A stretch of 62,547 nucleotides of DNA, counting the filler. It is 6 parts of 6 records of this genome, joined end to end, with 100 filler letters (N's around TTAATTAATTAA, not from the genome) between each part and the next. Parts side by side here need not be neighbours in the genome. Positions count along the whole stretch, not along the records: positions 38,679 to 49,286 come from SRR22947725_1460; positions 49,387 to 55,205 come from SRR22947725_1465; 4 more parts are not named here. One strand, given 5' to 3'. Under the pieces are notes generated by a model. The model was not told the DNA's origin, ran no database searches, and worked only from the letters and a program-made list of their open reading frames with translations. Both the position numbers and the translations under genes were made by a program. Position 1 is the first letter of the stretch. Every line of letters starts with the position of its first letter. Shown in pieces: positions 38,681-50,948 of the stretch.

Positions 38681-39985
38681 CAGCAACTTGTACATGATTT
38701 AGGTGAGCCAGGTTTACTTTTTGGTAATAGAGAAATGAGGCTTTATCCAAACGGAAAATTGGCTGCGCATATTCTTGGTGGTACGAGATTTGGTGAAGAA
38801 GGTGTCCGTGCTGCTGAGATTGTAGGTGTTGGAGGTGTTGAAAAGTACTTTGATAAAATGTTACGTGATCCAGCTTTAGAAGGCGAGCCATTAAAACTTT
38901 CAATTGATTTAACTGTCCAAGCAGCAACACGTCAAGTTTTGAAAGATGGAATGCGCTTAATGAATGCAAAAGGTGCTTCGGCAATATTAATGGATGTAAA
39001 CACTGGAGAAATCATTTCTCTTGTCTCATTGCCAGATTTTGATCCTAATAATCGACCTAGAGCTGCTATATTGGGGGATCCTTCTGAAAATCCATTATTT
39101 AATAGGGCTGCACAGGGGCTGTATGAATTAGGTTCGACATTTAAAATTTTTACTGCCGCGACTTCATTGGAAAAGGGGTTGGTAAACCCACAGACCATTA
39201 TTGATACGACGCCATTTAGATGGAATCGAAAAACTTATAAAGATTACAAAAATTACGGACCAACTAATTCTGTTGAAGATATAATAATGAAATCGTCTAA
39301 CGTTGGGACAATTAGAATGGCTTTGGCTGCAGGTACATCTGCACAAAAGAAAACTTTAAAAGATTTGGGTTTCTTTGAAGCAGTTCCTGTTGAGCTGGGT
39401 GAGGCTAGTCGGACAAAACCACAAATACCAAAAAATTGGTCGGACACTTCAACAATTACAATATCATTTGGGCATGGAATTTCTGCAACACCATTACATT
39501 TGGCAACGGCATACTCAATCGTTGCAAATGGTGGATTTAGGGTAAAACCAACAATAAAAAAAATTGATTTTGGGAATTTATCCAGGGAGCAAGTCATATC
39601 CCCGAAAACCTCACAACAACTGATATCTATGTTAAGGCGAGTTGTAAGTGAGAAAGATGGTACTGCCAAAATGGCAAAAGTTGAAGGATATGAAGTTGCT
39701 GGTAAAACTGGTACTGCTGAAAAAATAAAACCAACTGGAGGGTATTATGATGATAAAGTCATAGCGACTTTTGCATCAATTTTTCCAGCCAGCGATCCAA
39801 AATATACATTAGTGGTGTCACTCGATGAACCGGAGATAGAAGTATATGGTAAAAATCGCAGAACTGCTGGGTATACTTCGGTTCCTGTTGCTGCTGAGAT
39901 AATAAGCCGTGTAGCCCCTATTCTTAATCTTCGCCCAATTGTCCCTAACAATAAAATGACATACACTTCAATTAGCAGTCAATAA
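38681..39985 (+). CDS. ftsI: Penicillin-binding protein 3 (5'-truncated)
   Basis: STFK, SSN and KTG transpeptidase motifs; frame open to the contig edge; heads the dcw cluster. Confidence 0.93.
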   Translation, partial: QQLVHDLGEPGLLFGNREMRLYPNGKLAAHILGGTRFGEEGVRAAEIVGVGGVEKYFDKMLRDPALEGEPLKLSIDLTVQAATRQVLKDGMRLMNAKGASAILMDVNTGEIISLVSLPDFDPNNRPRAAILGDPSENPLFNRAAQGLYELGSTFKIFTAATSLEKGLVNPQTIIDTTPFRWNRKTYKDYKNYGPTNSVEDIIMKSSNVGTIRMALAAGTSAQKKTLKDLGFFEAVPVELGEASRTKPQIPKNWSDTSTITISFGHGISATPLHLATAYSIVANGGFRVKPTIKKIDFGNLSREQVISPKTSQQLISMLRRVVSEKDGTAKMAKVEGYEVAGKTGTAEKIKPTGGYYDDKVIATFASIFPASDPKYTLVVSLDEPEIEVYGKNRRTAGYTSVPVAAEIISRVAPILNLRPIVPNNKMTYTSISSQ

Positions 39986-39995
39986 GAGGCAGCAA

Positions 39996-41492
39996 ATGTC
40001 CCAAACTTTTTCAAAATATAAAAGACTAAATGAGTTAGGTTTGGTTCCCTCAAATGAATTTCAAGATAATCCTTTTATAACAAACATCACTGTAGATAGT
40101 CGTATTGTTAAAAAAGGTTATTTATTTGCAGCAATGCCAGGATCTAAATATCATGGTATCAGTTTTGTTAAGGCAGCTATAGATAACGAAGCGGCTGCAA
40201 TTCTGACAGATCATGAAGGCTTTACCATTGCAAAAAAAATATTAGGAAATATTAATATTCCCATAGTTATTGCCAAAGATCCAAGGATGAAACTGTCTAA
40301 GATTATGGCAAGATTTTATGGCGCTCAACCTTCAACAATGATTGCTGTAACTGGGACAAATGGAAAAACGTCAGTCGCAAATTTTACAAGACAAATTTGG
40401 GAATTGTTAGGCAAAAAAGCTGTGAATATTGGAACAGCTGGTGTCGAGGGTGCTGTTTCAATAAGTCTTTCGCATACAACCCCAGAACCTACTTTATTAC
40501 ATAAAATATTATATGATCTTGAAAACAGTGGTGTCTCGCATGCATCAATGGAAGCTTCAAGTCATGGTTTGGAGCAAAGAAGGTTAGATGGAGTTTATTT
40601 GACTGCAGCAGCATTTACTAATTTTACACATGACCATTTAGATTATCATAAAAATTTTGATGCTTATTTTGCTTCAAAGCTTGGATTATTTAAGCGTGTT
40701 CTATCGCCAGAAGGATCTGTAGTTATTAATATGGATGACGCAAGGGGGCATGAAATACATGAAATTTCAAAGTTGCGTGGGCAAGATATTATTACAGTTG
40801 GACAGCACAATTGTGATCTTACCTTGAAAAAATGTAACTTTGACGCCACTGGCCAACAAATACTATTCTCATGGCATGATGAAATCAAATCTATTCGATT
40901 AGATTTGATTGGATATTTTCAAGCTATGAATATATTGCAGGCTGCAGCTTTAGTGATTGCTTGTGGTGAACAGCCAAATAATGTTTTTGATACTCTAAGC
41001 GAATTAAAGACTGTTTCTGGCCGAATGCAATTAGCTGCTAAGCGTGCAAATGGTGCATCTATTTTTGTAGATTATGCACATACTCCAGATGCTGTTGAAA
41101 CTGCCCTAAAAGCAATGCGGCCACATGTTATGGGGCGTTTGCTAATTATAGTTGGAGCGGGTGGAGATCGTGATGTTAGCAAACGTGAGTTAATTGGGAG
41201 GGCTGCGGAAAAATATGCAGATGTTGTTTTCGTAACTGATGATAACCCAAGAAGTGAAGATCCTGAATTAATACGAAAAGCAATAATACATGGCTGCCCT
41301 AATGCAACTGAGATAGGTGATCGTGCTACAGCAATTCTAACTGGTGTTGATGCTCTGAATCCAGGCGATGCACTATTAATCGCTGGGAAAGGTCATGAAA
41401 CGGGTCAAATAATTGGCGATGATATTTTGGCTTTTAATGATGTAGAGCAGGCTAGTATAAGTGTTTCTACTTTAGATGAGTTGCTGCCGTGA
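39996..41492 (+). CDS. murE: UDP-MurNAc-dipeptide--meso-DAP ligase
   Basis: VTGTNGKTS, MEASSHG, DYAHTPDA, DNPR (DAP specificity), AGKGHE. Confidence 0.96.
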   Translation: MSQTFSKYKRLNELGLVPSNEFQDNPFITNITVDSRIVKKGYLFAAMPGSKYHGISFVKAAIDNEAAAILTDHEGFTIAKKILGNINIPIVIAKDPRMKLSKIMARFYGAQPSTMIAVTGTNGKTSVANFTRQIWELLGKKAVNIGTAGVEGAVSISLSHTTPEPTLLHKILYDLENSGVSHASMEASSHGLEQRRLDGVYLTAAAFTNFTHDHLDYHKNFDAYFASKLGLFKRVLSPEGSVVINMDDARGHEIHEISKLRGQDIITVGQHNCDLTLKKCNFDATGQQILFSWHDEIKSIRLDLIGYFQAMNILQAAALVIACGEQPNNVFDTLSELKTVSGRMQLAAKRANGASIFVDYAHTPDAVETALKAMRPHVMGRLLIIVGAGGDRDVSKRELIGRAAEKYADVVFVTDDNPRSEDPELIRKAIIHGCPNATEIGDRATAILTGVDALNPGDALLIAGKGHETGQIIGDDILAFNDVEQASISVSTLDELLP

Positions 41493-42868
41493 ACCTCTGG
41501 ACATCAAAAGATGCTGTAAAAGCAACTAACGGAATTTCTAAAATTAATTGGGTTGCAGATGGAATATCTATTGATACCAGAAATATAAAGCCTGGAGATT
41601 TGTTCGTTGCATTAAAAGATAAACGCGATGGGCATGAATTTGTAAAAGCTGCGTTTGAAAAAGGGGCCTCAGCTGCTCTCGTTTCAAAAGTCCCGGATGG
41701 AGTTAATGAAAACTTTCCGCTTTTAGTTGTAGAAGACGTTTTTGGAGCTCTTCAGAGTATGGCTAAATTTGCACGCGCCAGAACTAAGGCTAAAATTATT
41801 GGTGTAACAGGTTCCGTAGGTAAGACTTCAACTAAAGAAATGTTGAAAACTATTTTAACAGAAAATGGTAAAACCCACGCAGCTGAAAAAAGTTATAATA
41901 ATCATTGGGGTGTTCCCTTGACACTTGCACGCATGCCAAAAAATTCAGATTTTGCCATAATTGAAATTGGAATGAATAGCCCAAATGAAATTCGACCACT
42001 TGCTAAATTAGCAGCATTAGATGTTGCAATCGTTTTAAATGTTGCTCCTGTACATTTAAAAGCATTTAAAAATGTTGAAGAAATAGCGTTTGCAAAAGCT
42101 GAAATTTTTGAAAATTTAACATCAAAAAATTCAGCAATTGTTAATAATGATTTGTCTACGACTCAGATTTTGTTGAAAACTGTAAAAGCAGTTGGTGCTA
42201 ATCTTGTTACTTTTGGACAAAAGGATAAATCAGATTTTAGATTAGTTTCTAGTACATGGCATAAAAATAAAACTTCAGTTAAAGCTAAGATAAACGATCA
42301 AAATATACATTTTGATTTTTGTGCAGAAGGCGATCATTTTTCGATGAATGCATTAGCAGCTTTTGCTGCTGCTGAGTTAGTTGGAGCAGATCGAAAAATT
42401 ACAACACAAGCTTTTTCCAATTGGCAAGCGCCAAAGGGAAGGGGAGAACGAAAGAAAATAAAATTTGGATTAGGTAATATTGAGTTGATAGATGAAAGCT
42501 ATAATGCAAATCCAATATCTATGGCAGCTGCTCTTAAAGTTCTTTCTAATAGCAAATCTTCAGGTCGAAAAATTGCAATATTAGGTGAAATGGGCGAATT
42601 AGGTGTAGAAGAAAATCTTTTTCATTCAGATCTTGCAAGAATTGAAGGAATAAAAGAAATCGATGTTTTTTATCTTGTTGGACCATTAATGCGCTTCATG
42701 TGGAATGAGTTGCCAGATTATAAAGAAAGTAAATGGTTTGAGAGCATTGATGAATTAATTATGGAGATTGGAAGTTTGATAGCGGTAAATGATACTATTA
42801 TGGTCAAAGGTTCAAATTATACAAAAGTTTCAAAAATAGTTGAAGCAATAAAAAAGGTTAGTGTTTAG
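41489..42868 (+). CDS. murF: UDP-MurNAc-tripeptide--D-Ala-D-Ala ligase
   Basis: [31 protein letters not shown]. Confidence 0.96.
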   Translation: MNLWTSKDAVKATNGISKINWVADGISIDTRNIKPGDLFVALKDKRDGHEFVKAAFEKGASAALVSKVPDGVNENFPLLVVEDVFGALQSMAKFARARTKAKIIGVTGSVGKTSTKEMLKTILTENGKTHAAEKSYNNHWGVPLTLARMPKNSDFAIIEIGMNSPNEIRPLAKLAALDVAIVLNVAPVHLKAFKNVEEIAFAKAEIFENLTSKNSAIVNNDLSTTQILLKTVKAVGANLVTFGQKDKSDFRLVSSTWHKNKTSVKAKINDQNIHFDFCAEGDHFSMNALAAFAAAELVGADRKITTQAFSNWQAPKGRGERKKIKFGLGNIELIDESYNANPISMAAALKVLSNSKSSGRKIAILGEMGELGVEENLFHSDLARIEGIKEIDVFYLVGPLMRFMWNELPDYKESKWFESIDELIMEIGSLIAVNDTIMVKGSNYTKVSKIVEAIKKVSV

Positions 42869-42891
42869 GCACAAATGAAGGAGTTTTAATA

Positions 42892-43977
42892 ATGTTATAT
42901 TTTTTAAGCGAGTTATCTGATGGTGGCGATGCATTTAATCTTTTTAGATATATTACATTTCGTTCAGGAGGTGCATTTTTCACAGCACTAATCTTATCAT
43001 TCATTTTCGGCGCTCCTTTAATTCGTCGATTAAGGAAAATGCAAAAAAATGGGCAACCAATTCGTGAGGATGGACCTACAAGTCATATTATAGAAAAGGC
43101 TGGTACACCAACGATGGGAGGAGTTTTAATACTTGGAACCTTGCTCTTTTCATCTTTATTATGGGCACGTTCTGATAATGGTTATGTCTGGATTGTTCTT
43201 TTAGTAACTATAGGTTTTGGTGGAATTGGATTTCTTGATGATTATTTGAAAGTAACAAAAAATAATGTTAAAGGTTTTTCCTCTAAAGCGCGAATATTAT
43301 TAGGTTTATTAATCTCTTTAATTGCTGTTTACTGGGCCCAAAGGCTTCATTCAGAAGACTTAAGTCGGCATTTAGCTTTACCCATCTTTAAAGATACACT
43401 TATAAATTTAGGTATTATTTACTTCCCGTTTGCAATGATCGTTATTGTAGGAGCAGCTAATGCTGTTAATTTAACTGATGGCTTAGATGGGCTGGCTATA
43501 ATGCCAGTAATAATTGCTGGTGGAACGCTAGGTGTGATTGCATATGTAGTTGGGCGAACTGATTTTACAGCTTATTTAGATGTGCATTACGTGAAAGGTA
43601 CTGGTGAATTGTTAGTTTTTACTTCAGCATTAGTTGGAGCAGGTTTGGGATTTCTATGGTATAATGCCCCTCCTGCAGCAGTTTTTATGGGTGATACTGG
43701 ATCATTAGCATTAGGTGGTGCGCTTGGTGCAATAGCCGTTGCTACGAAACATGAATTAGTATTGGCAATTGTAGGCGGTTTATTTGTGGTGGAAGCATTA
43801 TCTGTAATAATTCAAGTTCTTTACTATAAGAAAACAGGTAAACGTGTTTTTTTGATGGCACCAATTCATCACCACTTTGAAAAAAAGGGTTGGGGTGAAT
43901 CTCAAATTGTGATCCGTTTTTGGATAATTGCGCTAATCCTTGCCTTAGTTGGCTTAGCTACATTAAAGTTACGTTAA
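42892..43977 (+). CDS. mraY: Phospho-MurNAc-pentapeptide transferase
   Basis: [38 protein letters not shown]. Confidence 0.97.
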   Translation: MLYFLSELSDGGDAFNLFRYITFRSGGAFFTALILSFIFGAPLIRRLRKMQKNGQPIREDGPTSHIIEKAGTPTMGGVLILGTLLFSSLLWARSDNGYVWIVLLVTIGFGGIGFLDDYLKVTKNNVKGFSSKARILLGLLISLIAVYWAQRLHSEDLSRHLALPIFKDTLINLGIIYFPFAMIVIVGAANAVNLTDGLDGLAIMPVIIAGGTLGVIAYVVGRTDFTAYLDVHYVKGTGELLVFTSALVGAGLGFLWYNAPPAAVFMGDTGSLALGGALGAIAVATKHELVLAIVGGLFVVEALSVIIQVLYYKKTGKRVFLMAPIHHHFEKKGWGESQIVIRFWIIALILALVGLATLKLR

Positions 43978-45383
43978 TGATACCTGTTCGTGGATATAAT
44001 GGATGTAAAGTTGCTGTCTTAGGGCTAGGACGATCGGGCTTAACTGCAGCCAGAGCATTGCGAGCAGGTGGTGCAGTACCAATTGTTTGGGATGATAATG
44101 AAAAATCAAGAATCGCAGCAGATGCAGAAGATTTTGTTGTTCTAGATCTTAATAAAGATTCATCATGGCAAGATGTAGTTTGCTTAATAGTTTCACCTGG
44201 AATACCGCACTTATATCCACTTCCACATCCAATTGTTTCAAAAGCTTGGCACAATGGTGTTGTTGTTGATAATGATATAGGACTATTTTTCCGTTCTTTT
44301 GCTACTCAAGAATGGGATAATTTTGATGTTATACCAAAAGTCGTGTGTGTTACTGGCTCAAATGGTAAGTCTACTACAACAGCTTTAATTGCTCATTTGC
44401 TTGAAGGTTCAAGTAGAGATATTGTAGTGGCAGGAAATATTGGCCGAGGGGCTTTAGATATCCCTCCTGCGCAAGATGGCACCATTGTTATTTTGGAATT
44501 ATCTTCTTATCAATTAGATCTAGCTCGCGCGCTAGCACCAGATATTGCAGTATTTATGAATTTGTCACCCGACCACTTAGATCGTCATAATGGTATGGGT
44601 GGATATTTTTTTGCAAAGCGTAGATTGTTCGTAGATGGAAATCCAGATCGAGCAATAATTGGAGTGGACGAAATTGAAGGTCAATTCTTAGCAAATCAAT
44701 TACGACAAGATGCAAAATCTGGTGACCCTGTCATAAACGTTTCTGTAAATAAAAAACTTCAAAATAAGGATTGGTCAATTTTTGCTAGAAAAGGTTTCTT
44801 ATCGGAATGGCGAAAGGGGCGGCAGGTAGCATCGATTGACTTGAGGCCAATGTCTGGTTTGCCAGGAGAACATAATCACCAAAATGCTTGTTGTGCTTAT
44901 GCTGTTTGCAGATCGATTGGCATGGCTCCCAAGCAAATTGAGGAAAAGCTTATATCTTATGTTGGTTTGCCTCATAGGTGTCAAATAGTAGGTACTTTTG
45001 ATGGCGTAATGTATGTTAATGATAGTAAAGCTACAAATGTTGATTCTGCAGAAAAAGCACTACTTGCATTCAAAAATATTTTATGGATTGTTGGTGGAGT
45101 ACCTAAGGACGGTGGTATTTTACCTTTAAAACCATATTTTGATAGAATAAAAAAAGCTTACTTAATTGGAAATAATGTTTCTAATTTAGCTAAAGATTTG
45201 GATGGTCTTGATTTTGTAAATGTAGGTACAGTTTCTGATGCAGTTAAATTAGCATCTTCAGATGCTAAGGTTGGTGATGTTGTCTTATTGGCTCCAGCCT
45301 GTGCAAGCTTTGACCAATATGAAAACTTTGAGAAACGTGGTGACGATTTCATTAATAATGTCATTATGCTAAATAATGTTTAA
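43977..45383 (+). CDS. murD: UDP-MurNAc-L-Ala--D-Glu ligase
   Basis: [38 protein letters not shown] 43977 overlaps the mraY stop. Confidence 0.96.
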   Translation: MIPVRGYNGCKVAVLGLGRSGLTAARALRAGGAVPIVWDDNEKSRIAADAEDFVVLDLNKDSSWQDVVCLIVSPGIPHLYPLPHPIVSKAWHNGVVVDNDIGLFFRSFATQEWDNFDVIPKVVCVTGSNGKSTTTALIAHLLEGSSRDIVVAGNIGRGALDIPPAQDGTIVILELSSYQLDLARALAPDIAVFMNLSPDHLDRHNGMGGYFFAKRRLFVDGNPDRAIIGVDEIEGQFLANQLRQDAKSGDPVINVSVNKKLQNKDWSIFARKGFLSEWRKGRQVASIDLRPMSGLPGEHNHQNACCAYAVCRSIGMAPKQIEEKLISYVGLPHRCQIVGTFDGVMYVNDSKATNVDSAEKALLAFKNILWIVGGVPKDGGILPLKPYFDRIKKAYLIGNNVSNLAKDLDGLDFVNVGTVSDAVKLASSDAKVGDVVLLAPACASFDQYENFEKRGDDFINNVIMLNNV

Positions 45384-45537
45384 TTTTTAAATGAGCATAG
45401 TCTCGCTTTGATAATTATTTAAATATATGACCTACTAGAATTATAAATTTAAATATGTAATAATAATATCAATAATAATAATAAGCTGAACCCGAAAACG
45501 AGGCAGCAATAGAGCAGATGCAGACAGGCGATATCTT

Positions 45538-46710
45538 ATGACGGATATGGTATTTGGAACGGTTGCGCAGCAACCTACCGATCCAATTTTGCCGCGCTGG
45601 TGGCAAACAATCGACCGTTGGTCTTTAACCTTTGTAATGATACTTTTTGTCATGGGAATATTATTAGGATTAGCAGCTTCTGTGCCATTAGCTCAAAGGA
45701 ACGGTTTAGATCCATTTTATTATGTATATAAACAATTATTTTTTGGTGTAATTGCGCTCTTAGTTATGGTGTTTACATCAATGTTAACCCCTAAAATAAT
45801 TAGAAGGTTAGGAACAATTGGTTTTATTTTCTGCTTTATAGCAATTTGCTTTTTACCTATGCTTGGTACTGATTTTGGCAAAGGGGCGGTTCGATGGTAT
45901 TCTTTAGGATTTGCTTCTATCCAGCCTTCAGAGTTTCTGAAACCATGTTTTGTTATTTTTACAGCTTGGTTAATGGCTTCAAGCTTTGATGTGGGAGGCC
46001 CTCCCGGCAAACGGATGTCTTTTTTTGTATGTGTTTTAGTAGTTGGTTTATTAGCTTTACAGCCTGATTTTGGTCAAGCTTCCTTGTTCTTAGCGTCATG
46101 GGGTTTGATGTATTTTGTGGCTGGGGCTTCACTTATATTAATGTTTATAATCTTTGTTTGTGTTGTTGGAGTTGGAATATTTTCATATAATAATTCAGAG
46201 CATTTTGCACGAAGGATTGATGGATTTTTAAATCCTGATATCGATCCTCGAACACAATTAGGTTATGCAACTAATGCAATTCAAGAAGGTGGATTTTTTG
46301 GAGTTGGCTTAGGTGAAGGGTCAGTAAAGTGGTCTCTTCCAGACGCTCATACAGACTTTATTATTGCGGTTGCAGCGGAAGAATATGGCTTGATTTTAGT
46401 CTTAATAATAATTTCTCTATTTGCTGCAATTACAGTTAGATCACTTTTGCGCCTTATGAACGAGAGAGATATATTTGTTCGACTTTCTGGAACTGGGATT
46501 GCAGTGCTTTTTGGAATGCAAGCAATGATAAATATGGGTGTTGCAGTTAGACTCTTACCGGCAAAAGGGATGACATTACCCTTTGTTAGCTATGGTGGGT
46601 CTTCATTATTAGCTGGTGGAATTGGATTAGGTGTCTTGCTGGCTTTTACGCGTAGGCGAGCACAGGGCGATATTTCTGATATATTATCATCAGCGAAGAT
46701 AACAAAATGA
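45538..46710 (+). CDS. ftsW: SEDS peptidoglycan glycosyltransferase FtsW
   Basis: IQPSEFLK, LQPDFG, LPDAHTDFI, PAKGMTLPFVSYGGSS. Confidence 0.96.
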   Translation: MTDMVFGTVAQQPTDPILPRWWQTIDRWSLTFVMILFVMGILLGLAASVPLAQRNGLDPFYYVYKQLFFGVIALLVMVFTSMLTPKIIRRLGTIGFIFCFIAICFLPMLGTDFGKGAVRWYSLGFASIQPSEFLKPCFVIFTAWLMASSFDVGGPPGKRMSFFVCVLVVGLLALQPDFGQASLFLASWGLMYFVAGASLILMFIIFVCVVGVGIFSYNNSEHFARRIDGFLNPDIDPRTQLGYATNAIQEGGFFGVGLGEGSVKWSLPDAHTDFIIAVAAEEYGLILVLIIISLFAAITVRSLLRLMNERDIFVRLSGTGIAVLFGMQAMINMGVAVRLLPAKGMTLPFVSYGGSSLLAGGIGLGVLLAFTRRRAQGDISDILSSAKITK

Positions 46711-47807
46711 CAAATAAGCCTTTGATAATGATAGCTGCAGGGGGTACTGGAGGACATATGTTTCCAGCGCAAGCTTTAGCAGAAGAAATGTTAGACCGTG
46801 GATGGCAAGTCAAGCTTTCAACCGATTTGAGAGGAAAACATTATGCCACTGAATTTCCAAAAAAAGTAATAATCGAAACTGTAAAATCGTCAACATTTTC
46901 ACGAGGGGGCTTAAAGAGTAAAATACTGACACCAATATTAATTATTTTAGGTGTTTTAGATGCAATGCGATCTATAAATAAACACAAGCCATCAATTATA
47001 GTGGGTTTCGGCGGGTATCCAGCTGTGCCAGCATTATTGGCGGGAGGATTGAAAAAAATTCCTCGAATTATCCATGAGCAAAATGGAATTTTAGGGAGAG
47101 TAAATAAACTATTTGCTAAAAAAGTTCAGATAGTTGTTTGCGGTTCTTGGCCAACAGAGTTACCTAAAAATATAAAATCTATACACATTGGAAACCCTGT
47201 CAGAAATAAAGTGTTAAAATATGCAAGTTCACAATATATAGCGCCTGGTGATTGGCCATTGAGCTTACTAGTAATTGGAGGCTCCCAAGGCTCTAGCATT
47301 GTTTCAAAAATTACAGCGGAAGCAGTAACTTTATTACCTGAAAATTTGCGTATGAATCTTAGAGTGGCATGTCAGGTGCGAAAAGAAGATAGTTATAAAA
47401 TTAAAAAAATATTTTTAGATTCAAAAGTAGATGCTGAAATTCAAGAATTCTTTCAAGATGTACCAATGAGAATCTCACAGGCACAATTAGTAATTTCACG
47501 TGCTGGTGCATCATCAATTGCTGATATCTCTATCATAGGCCGCCCTTCAATATTAATACCATTTGCAGCTGCTACTAATGACCATCAAAGGGCTAATTCT
47601 ATGGGATTAGTTGAAGTCGGTGCAGCCGATGTGATAAATGAAAATGAACTAACTCCAAAAAAGTTAGCTGATTGTATTGAAAAAATATTATCATCAGATC
47701 AACTGGCTTCAAAAATGGCAAAAGCGGCATTAAAACAAAGTAAGCCAAATGCTGCAAACGAATTTGCGGATTTGATTGAAGCTACTATTAGGAATAATCA
47801 AAAATGA
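46707..47807 (+). CDS. murG: Lipid II GlcNAc transferase
   Basis: AGGTGGH, HEQN, GNPVR, GGSQG, SRAGASS. Confidence 0.97.
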   Translation: MTNKPLIMIAAGGTGGHMFPAQALAEEMLDRGWQVKLSTDLRGKHYATEFPKKVIIETVKSSTFSRGGLKSKILTPILIILGVLDAMRSINKHKPSIIVGFGGYPAVPALLAGGLKKIPRIIHEQNGILGRVNKLFAKKVQIVVCGSWPTELPKNIKSIHIGNPVRNKVLKYASSQYIAPGDWPLSLLVIGGSQGSSIVSKITAEAVTLLPENLRMNLRVACQVRKEDSYKIKKIFLDSKVDAEIQEFFQDVPMRISQAQLVISRAGASSIADISIIGRPSILIPFAAATNDHQRANSMGLVEVGAADVINENELTPKKLADCIEKILSSDQLASKMAKAALKQSKPNAANEFADLIEATIRNNQK

Positions 47808-49201
47808 TTTCCACAACCAAATTACCTTCGCAACTAGGTACAATACATTTTATAGGTATTGGAGGTATTGGGATGTCAGGAATAGCAGAGGTACTAATAA
47901 ACCAAGGGTATATTATCTCTGGCTCTGATTTAAAAGAATCGCTGATTACAAAACGTTTGGTGAAAATGGGAGCAAAAATTCAATATCCACAAAAGGCAGA
48001 AAACGTTGAAGACGTGGAAGTTGTGGTTATTTCGTCTGCTATTAAAACTGGAAACCCTGAATTAGATCATGCACGCATATTAGGATTACCGATTGTTCGC
48101 CGTGCAGAAATGCTTGCAGAATTAATGCGATTAAAGTCGAATGTTGCTATTGCGGGCACTCATGGAAAGACCACTACCACAACAATGGTAGCTACATTAT
48201 TAGATCATGGTGGAATTGATCCAACTGTCATTAATGGTGGAATAATTCATGCTTATGGATCCAATGCGCGAATGGGTACTGGTGAATGGATGGTAGTTGA
48301 GGCAGATGAAAGTGATGGTACTTTTAATAAACTCCCTGCGACAATAGCTGTTGTAACCAATATAGATCCTGAGCATATGGAGCATTATGGAACTTTTGAT
48401 AATTTAAGAGATGCTTTTTATCAATTTGTCTCAAATATACCGTTTTACGGTTTAGCAATTTGCAACACTGATCACCCAGAAGTGCAATCTTTAGTTGGAA
48501 GAATCGATGACAGAAGAGTTGTTACTTATGGTTTCAATAAACAAGCTGATATTCGAGCAGAAAATTTAAAATTTAAAAATGGTTGTGCATATTTTGATAT
48601 TTTACTGCAATCTGAAAATACTTATATTGATAATGTAATGCTGCCCATGCCGGGGGATTACAATGTTTCAAATTCCTTAGCTGCTGTTGCGGTGGCAAGA
48701 CACCTTGGTATGAATGCGAAACAAATTCGCAAAGGCCTCTTTTTATTTAAAGGTGTTAAGCGGCGCTTTACACTTGTAGGGGAGATTAATGGTGTAACTA
48801 TAATTGATGATTATGCTCACCATCCAGTTGAAATTTCTGCAGTTTTGAGTGCTGCAAGGCAAGCAACTAAAGGAAAAGTAATTGCTGTACATGAGCCGCA
48901 TAGATACAGCAGATTAGATAGTTTATTTGAAGATTTTTGTAATTCTTTTAATGATGCCGATATCGTTGGTATTACGGAAGTATACTCAGCTGGAGAAAAA
49001 CCTATAAAAAATCGAAACCGTGATAGTTTAGTAGCTGGATTAAAAGCAAGGGGGCATCGCAATGCTTTTGCAGTTAAAGATGAAGAAGATTTGAAAAGCT
49101 TTTTTGTAAAGAATTGTAATGAAGGTGATCTATTGGTTTGTTTGGGTGCTGGAACGATAAGTGCATGGGCATATGGACTATCTGATAACATAATATCATA
49201 A
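47804..49201 (+). CDS. murC: UDP-MurNAc--L-alanine ligase
   Basis: [33 protein letters not shown]. Confidence 0.97.
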   Translation: MISTTKLPSQLGTIHFIGIGGIGMSGIAEVLINQGYIISGSDLKESLITKRLVKMGAKIQYPQKAENVEDVEVVVISSAIKTGNPELDHARILGLPIVRRAEMLAELMRLKSNVAIAGTHGKTTTTTMVATLLDHGGIDPTVINGGIIHAYGSNARMGTGEWMVVEADESDGTFNKLPATIAVVTNIDPEHMEHYGTFDNLRDAFYQFVSNIPFYGLAICNTDHPEVQSLVGRIDDRRVVTYGFNKQADIRAENLKFKNGCAYFDILLQSENTYIDNVMLPMPGDYNVSNSLAAVAVARHLGMNAKQIRKGLFLFKGVKRRFTLVGEINGVTIIDDYAHHPVEISAVLSAARQATKGKVIAVHEPHRYSRLDSLFEDFCNSFNDADIVGITEVYSAGEKPIKNRNRDSLVAGLKARGHRNAFAVKDEEDLKSFFVKNCNEGDLLVCLGAGTISAWAYGLSDNIIS

Positions 49202-49286
49202 ATTTAATTGATAAATTTATCTATTTTTAAATGAGGATGTATTTTAAGTGAGTATTTTAATCATAAATTTAAATGTAAGGTTAGAT

Positions 49287-49386
49287 NNNNNNNNNNNNNN
49301 NNNNNNNNNNNNNNNNNNNNNNNNNNNNNNTTAATTAATTAANNNNNNNNNNNNNNNNNNNNNNNNNNNNNNNNNNNNNNNNNNNN
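49287..49386. other. Artificial contig spacer 4
   Basis: N44-TTAATTAATTAA-N44. Confidence 0.97.
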
Positions 49387-50348
49387 AAAGTTCTTCCAAC
49401 ATAATGATTTCTAATTATGCCCATATCATAAGGTATTCCTGACTGGTGAGAATACCCGATGGCAGCAGGTATACCCGAATCTGGTACCGCTGAAACTATA
49501 TCTGCATCAATTTTAAGTTCTTTTGAAAGTTCTACACCAAGTTTTTTTCTATATTCGTGAACTGCATTACCTCCAACTATACTATCTGGCCTTGAAAAAT
49601 ATACATATTCAAAAACACATGGTCTTGGTTTTACTTTTGGAAAAGGTTTAATACTTTCTATTCCATTTTTATCTATTACCACCATTTCTCCATTATCTAT
49701 TTCTCTAATAAAATCAGCACCAATAATATCAAGTGCGCAGGTTTCGGATGATAAAATATATGAGTCTTTTAATTTTCCTAATACCAAAGGTCTAATTCCA
49801 AAAGGGTCACGAACCCCAACTAATTTTTTGTTAGTCATTATAGCCAATGCATACCCTCCATGAACTTGAAAGATTGCATCTATAATTTTATCAATTGTCT
49901 TCACTCTTTTTGACTTAGCTATAAGTTGCACGAGTGTTTCTGTATCAGATGTTGATTGAAATATAGCTCCATCTTTGACCATTTTTTCTCTTATACCGAT
50001 TGCATTTGTAAGATTTCCATTATGCGCAATTCCTAGGCCGCCTGTATGTAGGTCGGCAAAAAAAGGTTGAATATTTCTTATTAATGGAGCCCCTGTTGTA
50101 GAATATCTATTGTGACCTATAGCAGTATGTCCTTTAAGTTGTTCAATGATTTTAGGGTCTGTAAAATTATCACCAACAAGACCTCTTCTTTTTATTAAAT
50201 AAAAGTTCTTTCCATCAAATGAATTAATACCGCATGCTTCTTGACCTCTATGTTGTAAGGCATGCAAACCTAAAGCAACTAGCGCAGACGCCTCAGGATG
50301 GTTATAGACACCAAAAATACCACACTCTTCTTTTAATCTATCTTCCAC
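49387..50348 (-). CDS. purF: Amidophosphoribosyltransferase (3'-truncated)
   Basis: Propeptide ending EE before CGIFG, LQHRGQE, HNRYST, AHNGN, VPDSG. Confidence 0.96.
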
Positions 50349-50396
50349 GATTTACTAATATACTAAATAAAGTCAAAAGTCATTTTACAATTATTT

Positions 50397-50948
50397 TTAT
50401 TTTAAGTTATCCAGTTTTTTTTTACTTTTATCTAGATATTCATATCTTTTTGGAAAATTATCTAACAAGAATTCGTTTCCCCAAACTACATAATTAAATG
50501 TAAGACCTTTATTTATATTTTCTGACCATCTATCATATGGATGCAAGAAATTAATAATTGTAAAAATTGAAGCAAAATAAATATATCCTTTAATGATACC
50601 AAAAAAAAACCCAAAACTGGTATCTATGGTTCCTAGACCTGTCCAATTTATTGTTTTTTTTAAACCTTTATTTAATAATAAAAGTACAAAAAGAGTTAGC
50701 AAAAATATCATTGTACCTAAAATAATATCTGTCAAAATTTCAGATTTAATTATTCCATCCATATAAGGTCTTAATTCAGGTAATGAAATTTTTACCATTA
50801 TAAAGGCAATTACCCATTTAGAAAAAGATATTAGACTTGCAACAAAACCATTTCTTACACCTGAAGTTATATTTAAAATCATAAAAATAAAGAATACCAA
50901 ATCAAAAAGAGAAATTGAATTTTTTACTAAATCAAAAAAATTATCCAT
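50397..50948 (-). CDS. cvpA: CvpA family membrane protein
   Basis: GVRNGFV...IDTSFGFFFGIIKG; directly upstream of purF. Confidence 0.85.
   Translation of the reverse strand: MDNFFDLVKNSISLFDLVFFIFMILNITSGVRNGFVASLISFSKWVIAFIMVKISLPELRPYMDGIIKSEILTDIILGTMIFLLTLFVLLLLNKGLKKTINWTGLGTIDTSFGFFFGIIKGYIYFASIFTIINFLHPYDRWSENINKGLTFNYVVWGNEFLLDNFPKRYEYLDKSKKKLDNLK

Noticed and set aside
38631-39966. Minus-strand ORFs over ftsI, and other 60-140 aa antisense ORFs across the window
   Set aside because: Shadow ORFs of conserved genes; some run into N spacers
39986-45510. GAGGCAGCAA found before both murE and ftsW
   Set aside because: Only two copies of a 10-mer; the first is explained as a ribosome-binding site; no supporting structure
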